The notes under the pieces: model-generated | The model's database searches: none | Seen by the model: only the letters and a program-made list of their open reading frames with translations | Told to the model about the DNA's origin: nothing | Position numbers and translations under genes: made by a program | Source: Octopus vulgaris | Lineage: Eukaryota | Direction: 5' to 3' | NCBI GenBank assembly: GCA_951406725.2 | Contig: OX597814.1 | Span: 33,852,001 to 33,916,000 of the forward strand | DNA: 64,000 nt | In this document: positions 1-12,819 of the stretch, piece by piece | Position numbering within the stretch: the stretch's first letter is position 1 | Layout of the letters: every line of letters starts with the position of its first letter

Positions 1-921
1 GTTGAACCGTCCAACCCATGCTAGCATGGAAAATGGACGTTAAACGATGATGATGATGATGATGAATTGCCCCAGGCCAGCCAAAACTCTATGGGTGAAT
101 CTGGTAGACAGACACTGAAAGAAGCTTGTTATCAATATGTATATGTATGTGTATGTGTGTTTGTGACTGCTTGCCATGACATTGCATGAAAATAAGTAAA
201 TAAATGTCACTGTTGTATAAGCAGTGTCCTTCATTTCCAATCTTCTGTGAAAAGAAGGGTTGGAATGACAGAAATGGCCTCTGGATGTAGAAAATCTGCC
301 TCAATAAACTCTGTCTGACCCATGCAAGTATGGAAAAGTGGATGTTAAAATGACAACCACCACCACTACCCATTTCTTTACTACCTACAAGGCGCTAAAC
401 ACAGAAGGGACAAACAAGGACAGACAAATGGATTAAATCGATTATATCAACCCAACTGCGTAATCGGTACTTTATTTATCGACCCCAAAAGGATGAAAGG
501 CAAAGTCGACCTCGGTGGAATTTGAACTCAGAACATAATGGCAGACGAAATACCGCTAAGCATTTCGCCTGGCGTGTTAACATTTCTGCCAGCTCGCCAG
601 CAACAGCAACAATGAGGAGGACTTTAACTGGTTAATCTCCTTGCTAGAAGTAGTAACCATGACTCCCTCATAGCACACCCATCTTAAAATTGATTATACG
701 ATTGATTAATACAGCCCAATTACACAATATTTAAAAGGGTAGGGACAATTATGGTAAGAAAGTATTTGAAATTCTGTCTGCTTGACCAAAGTTGGCTTGG
801 AGCTAAACAGCAATCCTATTTTTGAGTCTATGAGAGAACACTTTATGTGGTTGCTAGGCCTGTTGGAAACAGCAGCTAAATCTCCTTAAAATTACAAACT
901 ACTTCTTCAAAAATAAGGACA

Positions 922-1313
922 TCTCTCTATATATAAAGCTGCAGTTGTCTGTGTATGGCAGGTTTGGTAGCCTTCAACTAACACTATCTCCTCCAAGACC
1001 TTGCGGCGCAAGTTGACCAAAATTGAGAGTATGATAGAAGGCTTGCTCTTCCTTCCATAGAAGATAAAATTCAAATCGGACCATGTTAACACCAATAATT
1101 ATTTACATCAAAAAGGTGCTTTTTTTTCTATGAAAATCCCTATTTTTTACGATTTTTTTTTACTGCTGTGTCACCATTTTTCGGTGTATTTCAACCAGAA
1201 AAATGTTCACTTAAAGAGAATAACAAGCTACATAATGCAAAATTTTTACTTTTCAAATAATCCAATTCTAAAGGGTCGAAACAAACCCGAGCGACGCCGG
1301 GCAATACTGCTAG
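922..1313 (+). mobile_element. Non-autonomous Helitron
   Basis: A|TCTCTCTATATATAAAG 5' end; 3' hairpin CCCGAGCGACGCCGGG then CTAG|T; no TSD. Confidence 0.8.
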
Positions 1314-2625
1314 TATTAGATAATATAATCCTAGATATACAATGTTTGAGAACATAAAATAAATGGGAACTATAGAACTAGAATGATTTTGATCAGAGAT
1401 CCACTTCATTAGGACTCACATGAACTCAGCATTCTTGTTTTTCCAGTAGTCTTGTATTTATGGTATGATTTGTCTCTAGTGTGAGATCTCACAGGAACTA
1501 TAATGAAGGAAGATATAAAAATACTGTATTTACAAATAAATAAGGTTTGTACATGATGTGAAGCATGAAAGAGAAAAAAAATAGAAGCATCCCTTTTTTC
1601 TACTGCTAAACTGTTAATCTAGGATGAAGAAAATGTAAAATGAGGAAATGTCTTTTAAACTATGAACCATCTTCTATTCTCTCTTTTCTTTATGAAACTT
1701 CATAGAATGTGGAATTTAGCTTAATTAATTTGTGTTTCGAGTTAAGCTGCATCAACAATTCCAAAGAAGGATTTTTAAAAAATGAATAAATAAATAAAAG
1801 GACTTGGTTTTATTTTTATTTTGTATAAGAAAAAAGAAATAAAAAATTTTTAAATTAAAAATTAAATATGCTGGTTAGACTTTGTCTAATCAAGAAGAAA
1901 TTCTCTCCCCTTTAATGACAAGTTCACCACCAGAGGGAAAACGTATGTATAAAATTTAATCTCACCCACTTAATCCATGTCAACAAGGAGATACAGAGGT
2001 AGTTTGTTGATTTATAATTGTTATTATTATTTTCCTTTTTAATGATGATCTGCATGGGATTCAATATAAACAATTTAGTAGATAAATAACCAATCTTTTG
2101 GTAATTTCTCTTTAAAAAAATACAGATGAATGAATTCTCTTATTCCAAGAAACATAGCTGTTGTTGTCGTACAGGCTAAGATTATTAGCCAATGAATGAA
2201 TATATATATATATGTGTGAATGTGTATATGTCCTTGTCTTGACATTGTGTGGAGGCTGTAAATGAGTGTCACTTTATATTTCCTATCTCCCATGAAAAAC
2301 AAGTCTGGCCATGGAGAAATATTACCTTGATTGGAAACAAGTGAGAGTTGGTGACAGGAAGGGCATCCAGTTGTAGACAATCTGCCTCAACAAATTTCAT
2401 CTCACCCATGAAAGCACAGAAAAGTGGATATTAAAATGATGATTATAATGACATATTCATACACACACACACACATTTTCATATACACATCTGTGCACAT
2501 ACATGCATGCATGTATGTACATTCACATATACACACACACGCATTCTAGAAATAATGAAACTGTGGAACAAAATTTCCCCCATACCAATAAATAAATATA
2601 TACAAATATAAAATAAAGAGTTCTG

Positions 2626-5600
2626 TTATTGTATAGCATTGACATCTGTTCCTGAAGAGGAATCTTTGTTTCTCTTTTGGTGTTCCAGTTTTAAGTGCCT
2701 GGCTAAAGAATCTGATCTTGCAAATCGGTAGTAACAGAAGTGACAGCTGTATGGCTTATACCCCGTATGTGTTCTGATATGGTGACGAAGACCAGTGACC
2801 TGGCTGAAGGCTCGTGAACAATAATCACATTCATAAGGCCTTTCACCAGTGTGTGTCCGAGTGTGAATCACAAGGGCGGAAGAACTAGCAAAACTTTTAC
2901 TGCAGTACTTACAAATGTGCCTTTTGTGACCGAGTTTAAATCTAGTACCGTCTTTGATGATTAAAAGAGAGTTGTTATTGGTTTTACTGCAAGTAATATT
3001 GTCTCGTGTACCTGTCGAGACCACATTAGTGTGGTGGGGCAGGAGATTTGGGGAAATCATATTAGAAAGAACACTGGTTGTTGTGTTAGTGTCTTCTGTT
3101 TCTGTAACCAACTGGTAATTATCAGCATTTTTCTCAATACCAATCTGGGTTTGACTATCATCATCTATCAGGTTCGTCAATGAAGAGGAGGCTATTTTTG
3201 GATCAGTTCTTGAATTGAATTCTTGTATTTCAGTTACATTCTTGTTTTCCATGCATTTTTCTTTGGTTATATTTGAGAGTAAATCAGATTCCATTAGATC
3301 AATGTCTAATTCACTTTGTGTTTTTTGTTCTAAGCTCTCATCACTGAGGTCTATAAGATAACAAGTAGGAACAGGACCAGAGATGGTCTTATCTGGATTG
3401 GTTGCAGTTTCTTTGCTAGCATTTATATGATCTTTTAGGTGCTTTATTAACAGGTGTGAATTAGAGAATTCTTTGCAGCAAATATCACAGGTAAGATCAT
3501 TTTCATATTTTATTGTTGTATTTTGTTCAGGTGAATTACATTCAGAATCACTTATATTTATTGCCATCTCTTCCAAAACAATTGTGTCAGATGAATTGCC
3601 TGGTGTGTTACCAGAAGACTGTAGTAGGCTAGTATTAGGAATAGAATAAGAACTATTCTGCTTTCTTTCTTCAATTTGGTCACACATAGTCTTCCTATCA
3701 ATGTGATTATCATCATTCAATCGAGAGTAACTAATGTATTCTTGGAAGCATTCATTCAGATTATTCTTAACATGGTTGTCTGATGGCTCCAATACAAATA
3801 AATCTCCAAATGAATTTGGAGTCATCATTACAAAATCCGTTTGATTAGGATTTTTACTAGAAGAATGTTCCGGTGACTCAATGAAATTCGATTCCAGTTG
3901 ATTGGAATTTCCTCCATTCATCTCCCTTTTTCTAGCTGCTTCTTGGTTTGCATCTGATTCTAAGGACAAAGGAGATACAAGGCTTTTCTGATAGTTATTC
4001 ACAGAATTCAAATCCTTGGCTGTTTTTAAATGCTTGTGTCTTATGTGCCGACCCAAAGAATCTGACCGAGCAAACTTCTGAATGCAGTATTTACACTGAT
4101 ATGGCCGCTCGCCTGTATGAGTTCGGACGTGATGCTGGAGTCCGACTTTCTGTGTGAATGCTCTGTCACAGGTTGGACACTTATATGGACGCAGGCCGGT
4201 ATGTGTGCGTTGGTGCACTTTTAATGCCGACTGAGTAGGAAAACTTTTGCCACAAAACCTACAAGAATTGCTTCGGTTAGACTGTTCCGTTATTTCCCTT
4301 GCACTCATGTTGTCATTATCTGTGAGAGATATGTAAGAGGCTTCATAACTTTTCTCTTCAGTTACATGAAAATCTTCAGCAAAACCCTTCAAAGAATTCA
4401 TCTGAAAACTTGAAGGGAAATTCTCAGGTGTGATGCATATAACATCATCATCGTCATCATCATCATCATCATCATTATTGTTGTTGTTATTATCTTCAAC
4501 ATTGCCAACATCTACATCTTTGAGATTTCTTTCTTCACTAGTGTTAAGATCTTTCTCTATGATTTCATCAACACTTGTTTCTTTCAAATCAAAGTCCGTT
4601 TCTGTAATATCTATGATATTTTGAAAAGAATTTTGACTTCGGTCCATTTCTTGACCATCTCCATTTTGCTCTAACCTGTCTAAAGGAATAGTTTCAACAT
4701 TTTCTATATATTTGAGATCAACATTGAAATTAGGGTTGCTTTCATCTCTATTCAAAGTTGAATTATCTTCTGTCACCATACCAAGATCATACTCTTTTAA
4801 AAGATGCAAAATGCTATCCCTTTGCAGATAATTTTCAGGGAATGATGAAACATTACTAGAATGAAATGTTAAAGTTTCTTTGGACTCAGAAATACTAAGG
4901 GAATCTTGAGATGAATTCTTATTTTGCTCAGGCCCAGATTTTAGCAAGATATCTGTTTTAATATCATTTAAAATAATTTCATTGCTATGACTTAACATTA
5001 GATGTTGCAATAAAACATCAGAATTTGGAAACAGACTCCCACAAAATTTACAATCAAAAGTTTTTATCTGCTTGGCAGAAATATCTTTTGAAGGAGGCAA
5101 AGACAAGTCTAACATGTTGCAATTTTTAATATCCTTATCGAAATCAACTTCCTTGTGGATATCTTTCAAAGTAATATGATCCTCAGAATTTGAAGCAACA
5201 TTTTTCTTTGAGTCAGGTTCCTTCACTTGAGATGAAAGAAGCAAAGGATATTCCGATAAGTTAATCAAGTTTTTATCTTGTAACATTGGTTCAATCATTG
5301 TACAATCGTTTTGCATATCTGTCTCCATGTCTAACATATCTGTACTATATGCATTCCTTAAGTCCCTTACTAAACTTTGGTTATTGGAGAGGGTTGAAGC
5401 TTTCTTGGGCTCCTCTTTCGAACCATTTTCTCTTGCACATTCTGAATGTTTTAACCTGGTATGTCGAACCAATGAATCAGATCGAGCGAATCTGAAATGA
5501 CAAATTTGACACTCGAATGGTCTCTCACCAGTATGTGTGAGAATATGATGTTGAACACCAGATAACTGACTGAAACCACGGCCACAGTGCCCACATTCGT

Positions 5601-8600
5601 ATGGCTTTTCACCAGTATGGGATCTGCGGTGAATAATCAAAGCCCATTTGCTATTAAATGATTTCTTACAGAATTCACATTGGCGCTGTTTGTTTCTAGT
5701 TTGCTTAGAATCTTTGTTTAATGGAGCAGTGTTGCTGTCGTTATCTTCTGTCTTACACTGGTTCAGATCCAACAATGGTATGGATATACCAGCATCGCTG
5801 CTATTATCTACAAAATTAGAAACCTCAGAATTAATTCCATTTGTCTGTGTACCAAGAGGGTTAGTATTTGGTTCAAGGACATTGCGAAATTCTTGCTCCT
5901 GGTTAGTCAAGCAGAAAGACTCAAAGCTACTATTGTTCTGGCTGACGAGATCTGATATTTCCTGTTGATCCTGCTCAAGTTTAATTTGCAAAATATCTTC
6001 AGAACTGTCCTTGTGGTTATTTATAGTGCCTGCATTGTAATTAGATTGGCAGAAAATGTTGGCTTTAGAATCAAAATCATCTGGAGAGTTTTGAGTAACT
6101 TCAAGTTTTCTATTCTCTGTAGATTCCCAAATATCAGAAAGGTTTTGATTGATTTTCTCATCCATGTTCATTTCTATGGTTTGGGTATTTTCAGAAAAGT
6201 CACTAAGATAAATACGACAAACATCTCTGTCATTATTATGGGTGATTACCATTTCTACAAGAGAACCAAATTCATCCTCGAAGGAAAATTGTGACAGCTC
6301 ACCTTCTCTTTTACAGTTTTGTTTCAAATTATGCTGCTCACTCATATGTTCAGCCAGTAATATGGTATTGTTAAAGTTCATATCACAAAGAAAACATTGA
6401 TATTCTGTATTTACCTCACACACATGAGAAGATAACAGAGTTTTGTCGTTAAACACTTTTTTGCATGAAGAACATTTCAACTGTAGGTTTGGTTCATTGG
6501 AAGGACTAAATGCATTTCGAACTGGTTCAAAGGTTTCAATTTCAATATTGCTGAAATTTCCATCATCTCTATAACTACTGCCACTTTTCCATGTTGGACT
6601 GAGATCATCAGTTCCCAGTTTATCAGCAGTGCCAGCATCCTCTTTAGAAGAAGTATCACAGATAACAGCAGGAACAGGTTCATCGTTAGAAACTTCAGAT
6701 TTTATAACGACTGATGCAAAATTTACCTGATCTAAACTTGAAGTATTGTCACTTATTTCTTGTACATTATTTGTTTCAGATTCAGAAAGCCTGACATCCT
6801 TTGCTGAAATGCTTAAATTTTCATCAGTGCTGCTTGAACTAACATGGTCTTTCTTAGTTCTATTTATCTGTTTCAAATGATTACCTTTTGTGTTAGAGTG
6901 TTTTAAATGCTGCTGTTTCCAGTGACGAGCCAAGGAATCGGATCTGGAAAATTGGGCATTGCAGTTCCCACAAGAGTAGGGTTTTTCTCCAGTGTGAGTA
7001 CGCAGATGGTGGGTAAGACCAGTCTGTTGAGTAAAGGAACGGCCACAAAACTTACACCGATAAGGTCTAACACCAGTGTGGATTCTTCTATGAACTTTCA
7101 GCACCGAGAAACTAGAGAAAGTCTTGTGACAGAAATTACAAGGAAGGTTTCGTTTTTTCCCATATTTTCCTGTGGTATTTTTAGAATTGGTGGAGGGCTT
7201 CAAGCAGGATTTAACAGCAGGTACATCTTCATTTTTTTCTGGGAATGAAATGACATCAAATTCTTCTTCATCATCAGTTATGTAGATAGGAGAATTTGTG
7301 TGAGTGATTTCAGGTCTCTCGATATTCAATACTACCCCAGAACTCAAATTACTGTTGCTAAAGTCTGTAGACTGTACGTGATGCCTACCATAATTGATTT
7401 CATCAGAAACTGTTATTAATGGATCGAGTAACAGAGTGGAATCAACAACTGAAACATGGTTGGAATTGTTATTATTTCTAATAGAATATTCATGAATGTC
7501 AAGATCATTAACATTTTTTGCAACCAGACGATCATTTTCAAATAAATTATTACTTTCATTTTGAAGTACCACTTGCTTAAAACTACCAGATTTTTCAAAA
7601 AAATGCTCTGAATTAGGATAGCATTCAGGTGGTTTTCTTAATTGCTTGTTATAAACAGGGGCTTTTTTCTTCAGCTTCTTGTGTCGAAGTTTTGTGTGCC
7701 GCAAAAGAGAATCAGATCTAGCGAATGCATAGAAGCAAATGCTACATTTGTAAGGTCTTTCTTGTGTGTGAGTCCTATAATGGTGCCGCAAACCAGTTTT
7801 TTGGGTAAATGAACGACCACACATTTTGCAGACATAGGGACGAATGCCAGTATGAATTCTTTTATGAATGTTCAATGCAGACTTACTCGCAAAACACTTG
7901 AAACAGAAGAAACACTTGTGATATTTACCACCACTCTTTGTATCAAGATTTCTTCTGTTGGCATGTTGGTAATTATCTAGTTTATTGTGAAGCTTAGATT
8001 CTAGTTCTGAGGAAATACTTATATCACTGACATTTTTAAAGTGTATATTGTCCAAATTATTAGTATAACTTATATTTGGGTTATAATTACATCTTTTATT
8101 CACTTTAGACTGCAGCAAAGATGTCTCTTCAGTTCTTTTGTAATTTTTCCTAGAATTTTCAGATATTTCATTTTGAGGAACTGAAATTCTTTGGTGTGCT
8201 GCTTCAGAATACCTGAATTCAGGTAAATTACAATTTGAAAACGAATATTTTTTATCCATGGATTTAGTTCTCAATCTTGGAGATTGTATTCTAGAATGTG
8301 TATATTTTTTATCTCTGATGAAAGAATCAGTTACTTTATTATGAGAATACATTTCATCTGGAAACTTAAGACGTGAATTTTTAGAAGAATCATCAGTAAT
8401 ATGTACATCTGAATTAATTCCTAAATTTGAAGACTGAAATTCTGTGGGTGCATCAAGAAAGCCATTGAGTATAAAACTAGAGTCTGTTAGCTGAGAAGTA
8501 GTAGGATCTGAGTGGGAATTATTATAATAGCTAAGCAGTAGCTGCTTCTTTGATATTTCTGAAGTCTTCTTTTTTCTCTTTACCAATCCATTTTGAACGC

Positions 8601-9264
8601 TTGAATGCCGCTTCTTTATATGTCTGGCTAAAGAATCTGAGCGAGAAAACTTAAAATGGCAGATGTTGCAAACGTATGGCCTCTCCCCGGTGTGAGTACG
8701 AATATGATGCTGGATTCCAGTCATTTGAGAGAATGCTCGACTGCAGAATGGACATTTGTAAGGACGCAAGCCGGTGTGTGAGCGTCTATGAATAACCAAC
8801 GCAGAACTGCTCATGAATTCTTTGTTGCAGAACTCACAGCGATGCTTTTTGATGGATTTTCTTGATTTAAGAGAAGAATGTTTATCTGTGGACATTTTGT
8901 TGCTGTGACTGCTTATTGAAATGTCAATTACAAGTTCATGGACAGGATTAGATATAAAAAATAAATGCTCTGAATTTGGTTTATTCGCAATGAAAAATAT
9001 CACAAACTGAATTGATACCCTGGTACTGTGCAACTTGTCTGCATTTTTTAGCAGAGGAATTATTGCTAAGTTGTTTTCAAAAGCAATGACCAGGTAGAGA
9101 GAAGTTAAATTCCAACCATTTCTCTTTGATTCAAAACTCAACTGGAATAACAAGATAACTGTTTCTTGTAACAATATTTGCTGACAGGATTTTCCAGAAG
9201 TTACCTGATGATGGAGATGAATTGACAATTTGAATTTAGGCAAATATTCAACTATTTTGTGCAT
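2626..9264 (-). CDS. Large single-coding-exon C2H2 zinc-finger protein (six 3-finger clusters plus ~4 isolated fingers); probable start at ATG 8895 (MSTDKHSS) or 9264
   Basis: Uninterrupted 2212-codon ORF with repeated CxxC-x12-HxxxH motifs and TG(E/L/I/V)(R/K)PY linkers; the first ~123 codons lack any domain and may be 5'UTR. Confidence 0.95.
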   Translation of the reverse strand: MHKIVEYLPKFKLSIHLHHQVTSGKSCQQILLQETVILLFQLSFESKRNGWNLTSLYLVIAFENNLAIIPLLKNADKLHSTRVSIQFVIFFIANKPNSEHLFFISNPVHELVIDISISSHSNKMSTDKHSSLKSRKSIKKHRCEFCNKEFMSSSALVIHRRSHTGLRPYKCPFCSRAFSQMTGIQHHIRTHTGERPYVCNICHFKFSRSDSLARHIKKRHSSVQNGLVKRKKKTSEISKKQLLLSYYNNSHSDPTTSQLTDSSFILNGFLDAPTEFQSSNLGINSDVHITDDSSKNSRLKFPDEMYSHNKVTDSFIRDKKYTHSRIQSPRLRTKSMDKKYSFSNCNLPEFRYSEAAHQRISVPQNEISENSRKNYKRTEETSLLQSKVNKRCNYNPNISYTNNLDNIHFKNVSDISISSELESKLHNKLDNYQHANRRNLDTKSGGKYHKCFFCFKCFASKSALNIHKRIHTGIRPYVCKMCGRSFTQKTGLRHHYRTHTQERPYKCSICFYAFARSDSLLRHTKLRHKKLKKKAPVYNKQLRKPPECYPNSEHFFEKSGSFKQVVLQNESNNLFENDRLVAKNVNDLDIHEYSIRNNNNSNHVSVVDSTLLLDPLITVSDEINYGRHHVQSTDFSNSNLSSGVVLNIERPEITHTNSPIYITDDEEEFDVISFPEKNEDVPAVKSCLKPSTNSKNTTGKYGKKRNLPCNFCHKTFSSFSVLKVHRRIHTGVRPYRCKFCGRSFTQQTGLTHHLRTHTGEKPYSCGNCNAQFSRSDSLARHWKQQHLKHSNTKGNHLKQINRTKKDHVSSSSTDENLSISAKDVRLSESETNNVQEISDNTSSLDQVNFASVVIKSEVSNDEPVPAVICDTSSKEDAGTADKLGTDDLSPTWKSGSSYRDDGNFSNIEIETFEPVRNAFSPSNEPNLQLKCSSCKKVFNDKTLLSSHVCEVNTEYQCFLCDMNFNNTILLAEHMSEQHNLKQNCKREGELSQFSFEDEFGSLVEMVITHNNDRDVCRIYLSDFSENTQTIEMNMDEKINQNLSDIWESTENRKLEVTQNSPDDFDSKANIFCQSNYNAGTINNHKDSSEDILQIKLEQDQQEISDLVSQNNSSFESFCLTNQEQEFRNVLEPNTNPLGTQTNGINSEVSNFVDNSSDAGISIPLLDLNQCKTEDNDSNTAPLNKDSKQTRNKQRQCEFCKKSFNSKWALIIHRRSHTGEKPYECGHCGRGFSQLSGVQHHILTHTGERPFECQICHFRFARSDSLVRHTRLKHSECARENGSKEEPKKASTLSNNQSLVRDLRNAYSTDMLDMETDMQNDCTMIEPMLQDKNLINLSEYPLLLSSQVKEPDSKKNVASNSEDHITLKDIHKEVDFDKDIKNCNMLDLSLPPSKDISAKQIKTFDCKFCGSLFPNSDVLLQHLMLSHSNEIILNDIKTDILLKSGPEQNKNSSQDSLSISESKETLTFHSSNVSSFPENYLQRDSILHLLKEYDLGMVTEDNSTLNRDESNPNFNVDLKYIENVETIPLDRLEQNGDGQEMDRSQNSFQNIIDITETDFDLKETSVDEIIEKDLNTSEERNLKDVDVGNVEDNNNNNNDDDDDDDDDDVICITPENFPSSFQMNSLKGFAEDFHVTEEKSYEASYISLTDNDNMSAREITEQSNRSNSCRFCGKSFPTQSALKVHQRTHTGLRPYKCPTCDRAFTQKVGLQHHVRTHTGERPYQCKYCIQKFARSDSLGRHIRHKHLKTAKDLNSVNNYQKSLVSPLSLESDANQEAARKREMNGGNSNQLESNFIESPEHSSSKNPNQTDFVMMTPNSFGDLFVLEPSDNHVKNNLNECFQEYISYSRLNDDNHIDRKTMCDQIEERKQNSSYSIPNTSLLQSSGNTPGNSSDTIVLEEMAINISDSECNSPEQNTTIKYENDLTCDICCKEFSNSHLLIKHLKDHINASKETATNPDKTISGPVPTCYLIDLSDESLEQKTQSELDIDLMESDLLSNITKEKCMENKNVTEIQEFNSRTDPKIASSSLTNLIDDDSQTQIGIEKNADNYQLVTETEDTNTTTSVLSNMISPNLLPHHTNVVSTGTRDNITCSKTNNNSLLIIKDGTRFKLGHKRHICKYCSKSFASSSALVIHTRTHTGERPYECDYCSRAFSQVTGLRHHIRTHTGYKPYSCHFCYYRFARSDSLARHLKLEHQKRNKDSSSGTDVNAIQ

Positions 9265-11567
9265 GGTTCTTTTCTTAATGATAAAGTCATATTGGGAAAA
9301 TCCAATGCAATTTCTAATAGATGCATCAGTAGTGTTTCAGTTGCACAGTAAATACACTAAGTTTTGTATAGAAGATATCTAAGCAGCAGCAAATTTTTAA
9401 GATTTTTCAACACAAAGGTAAATGATTTTTGTCCACAATCAGTTTTGGAAATTTTCTGGCAAAAATTTTATTTCATGTAGATTTTTTTAAAACAAATTTC
9501 AGTGTTTTAATTGTCAAAATCTTCTATTTTTAAAAATATTTATTTAAAATATGAATGAAATTCCATGAAAGATATAGTTGTAAATCCTCAAGAATTTATA
9601 TTTTTTGATATTCTTTGCACATGTTTTTCTTTGAGGTTTCGTTTGCTGTCTTTTTGATGATATGTTTTCTGCCTTTCAGATGATAATTCGATATAAACTT
9701 CTTATATTTTCTTGAAGACACAATCTTCAATTCATGCCACGTTTTCTAATAACACAATTTATGCATCTGTAGAAAAATAAAACAAACATCAATATAAATA
9801 TACTACAAAGGAGGTCATAGAAAATTTTAATTACATCCCCAATAATTGACATTGAAACAGTATGAAAACATTTTGAACTTAGTCTATCTTATTAATAGTT
9901 TAAAACTGCCTTTCCTTGTTACATACACACATTGATTTTTTTATAAGTTGTATTGTTTTGGCTTTAAAAAAATATTTAAAACATTTATATATTTTACCAG
10001 ACAATGCTTCAAGAAAACTATACAACTCCAATAAATAAATAAAAAATATACATATATCATCATCATCATTTAATGTCTGTGTTCCATGCTAGCATGGCTG
10101 GGATGGTACCACAAGAGCTGGCAAGTCTGAAGCCTGCACTGGACTTCTGTGACTGTTTTGGCAGGATTTTTACAGCTGGCTGCCCTTCGTAACACCAACC
10201 AGTGGATGTGTGGTAAGGAGTTTGCCTCCTCGCCACATGGTTCTGGGTTCAGTCCCACTGGAAGCCACCTTGGGGAAGAGTTTAGTAGACTACAACCTTG
10301 GGCCAACCAAAGCTTTGTGTGTGGATCTGGCAGACAGAAACCGAAAGATGCCTAATGAATACAAGCAAAAAAGACACATACACATCTGTGTGTGTGTGTG
10401 TGTGTATATGTGTATGTATTTGTGTTTGAGTCAGTTCCCACCACCACCACTAGTGTTAGTTTGTTTATATTCCTTTAACTTAGTAGATTGGCAAAAGAGA
10501 CTGATAGAATAAGTACCAGACATTTGAACTCAGGTACTGGGGTTGATTCATTTGATTAAAAACTCCTCAAAGCAGTGCCTCAGCATGGCCACAGTTCAAT
10601 AACTGTAACAAGTAAGAGATAAAAGATAAACACACATACACACACACACAAACATATACACACAGGCGGCTAGCTGGCAGAAACGTTAGCACGCCGGGCG
10701 AAATGCTTAGCGGTATTTCATCTGTCTTTACGTTCTGAGTTCAAATTCCGCTGAGGTCAACTTTGCCTTTCATCCTTTCGGGGTCGATAAATTAAATACC
10801 AGTTGCGTACTGGGGTCGATCAAATCAACTTAATCCCTTTGTCTGTCCCTGTTTGTCCCCTCTGTGTGTAGCCCCTTGTGAGCAGTAAAGAAGTAACACA
10901 CATATACACACATGTATAAATCAAGCTTCGCCACTATGTTTATCTCTCATCAACACCAGCGCAACCAACACTAACATCAAAACCACTACAACCACTGGCA
11001 TTACCAAACCAAGCTGGTGCAATCCCATCAAAAATATAAAATAACAATCACACGAAATAATAAAATACATCATCATCATCATCATCATCCTTTAATGTCC
11101 ATTTTCCATGCTGGCATGGGTTGGTCCTGTGGTCTATTTTAAATGTTGAATGAAATGTGATTGATCCTAGCTCAATGTAGATTGACTTGAGACTAAGCAA
11201 CCACAATGTAATTGATTTCAAGTTTAGGCACAAGGCCAGCAATTTCTGGGGAGGGAATAAGTCGATTAAATTAACCTCAGGGCCCAACTGATACTTATTT
11301 TATCAACAACAAAAGGATGAAAGGCAAAGTTGACCTCACTGACATTTGAACTCAGAACGTAAGGACAGATGAAATGCTGGCCAGGCAAAATGCTTAGTAA
11401 CAACAATGTAATTAACAAGAACAACATGATGACTGCTGCCACTAAAATTAGAACTACCGACTTTTGAATAACCAGCTTGCAACAACAAGCTGTTGCCACT
11501 TTAAATAAAGAAACTATAAAGAGTGGAATTGCTCCTCATGGACAGACTGTAGAACATAGCCTCTTAA

Positions 11568-11788
11568 CCCTTTAGCATTTAAACCAGCCATATCCAGCCA
11601 AAAGTATTCTGCCTGTTTTATGTTCAGACTGGCCAGATCTGATCTCTCACACCAACCCTACAATATCGTTTTAAAAATTAACAGCTACCTCATCAAAATC
11701 TCATAACTACAAGATAATGCATGATTAGTTCAAAGCAAAGTGGATAAAAAAGCATTCATTTTGGCAGAATAATGCGAACACTAAAGGG
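11568..11788. mobile_element. piggyBac-like MITE (related copies ~36665-36875, ~50258-50833)
   Basis: TTAA|CCCTTTAG ... CTAAAGGG|TTAA. Confidence 0.75.
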
Positions 11789-12819
11789 TTAAACTCACGC
11801 TTACAAGATGTTTTGTCTGGCCTTGAAGTAAATGTGCCCGATGCACAAAATGAAAAAATTGAAGAAGGAGATGAGATACAAGTAAGTGAAATTAGCTCTG
11901 ATGTGAATTATGGTCAAGCAACAAATGAAGATATTCGTGACATTTAACTTGAAACTATTCAGTTATTATTCTACTATAAATGTCCAAGGACATTATTTGT
12001 TCATGAGGCTTCTATTCATGTTATCAACAGTTTAATTTTCAATATTTCCTAATAGATCCATTGTTAACTCCAGAATATATTTTAATATGCTACTTCTTCA
12101 GACTGTTTCAGTTTCTTTATGTCTATATATCTGATAACTAAAACGATAGAAGTTCAATGGAATTGTATAAAATAAATATGGTTTTTTTTTTTATACCTAT
12201 ATTACCGCCCGTGGGCGCTTATTATAGGCAGGTGGTTATTTAAGCCATAAAAAAGGTTTGTAAAATAGAATTTTCAATTTAACAGCCCTGGGCGAATTTT
12301 CAGAAAACCCCGGTACATCCATAGCAATGAAGTAACAATTGTTTTTTGTTTTCACAAAAACAATTCTTTCCCAAAGCCATGATTTTTTACTACATATTCG
12401 TCATCATTATTATCATCATCGTTTAACACCCGCCTTCAATGCTGGCATGGGTGGGATGGTTTGCCAGGAGCTGGCCATGCAGGAGCCTGCGCCAGACTTC
12501 TGTAATTGTTTTGGCAGGATTTTTACAGCTGGATGCCCTGCCTAACATCAACCACTCAGCAGAGTGGACTTAGTGCTTTTTATGTGGTACAAGCACAGAC
12601 AAGGTCAGTTTTGGCAAGGTTTTTACAGCTAGATGCCCTTCCTAACACCAACCACTTTACAGTGTGGACTGGATGCTTTTTAAGCAGCACTTGTTTTGGC
12701 AGGGACACCAAGACAAAAATCATTTGCAAGGAGAGGGGACATTGGAGGAGGTGATCTTGTGTCAGATGATGATCGCCATAGCTGTTGGATTTGCCAACAA
12801 TTCAACATATCTGGAGAGA

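Noticed and set aside
3948-7248. Plus-strand ORFs overlapping the zinc-finger gene
   Set aside because: Short antisense shadows of the long ORF with no recognisable domains
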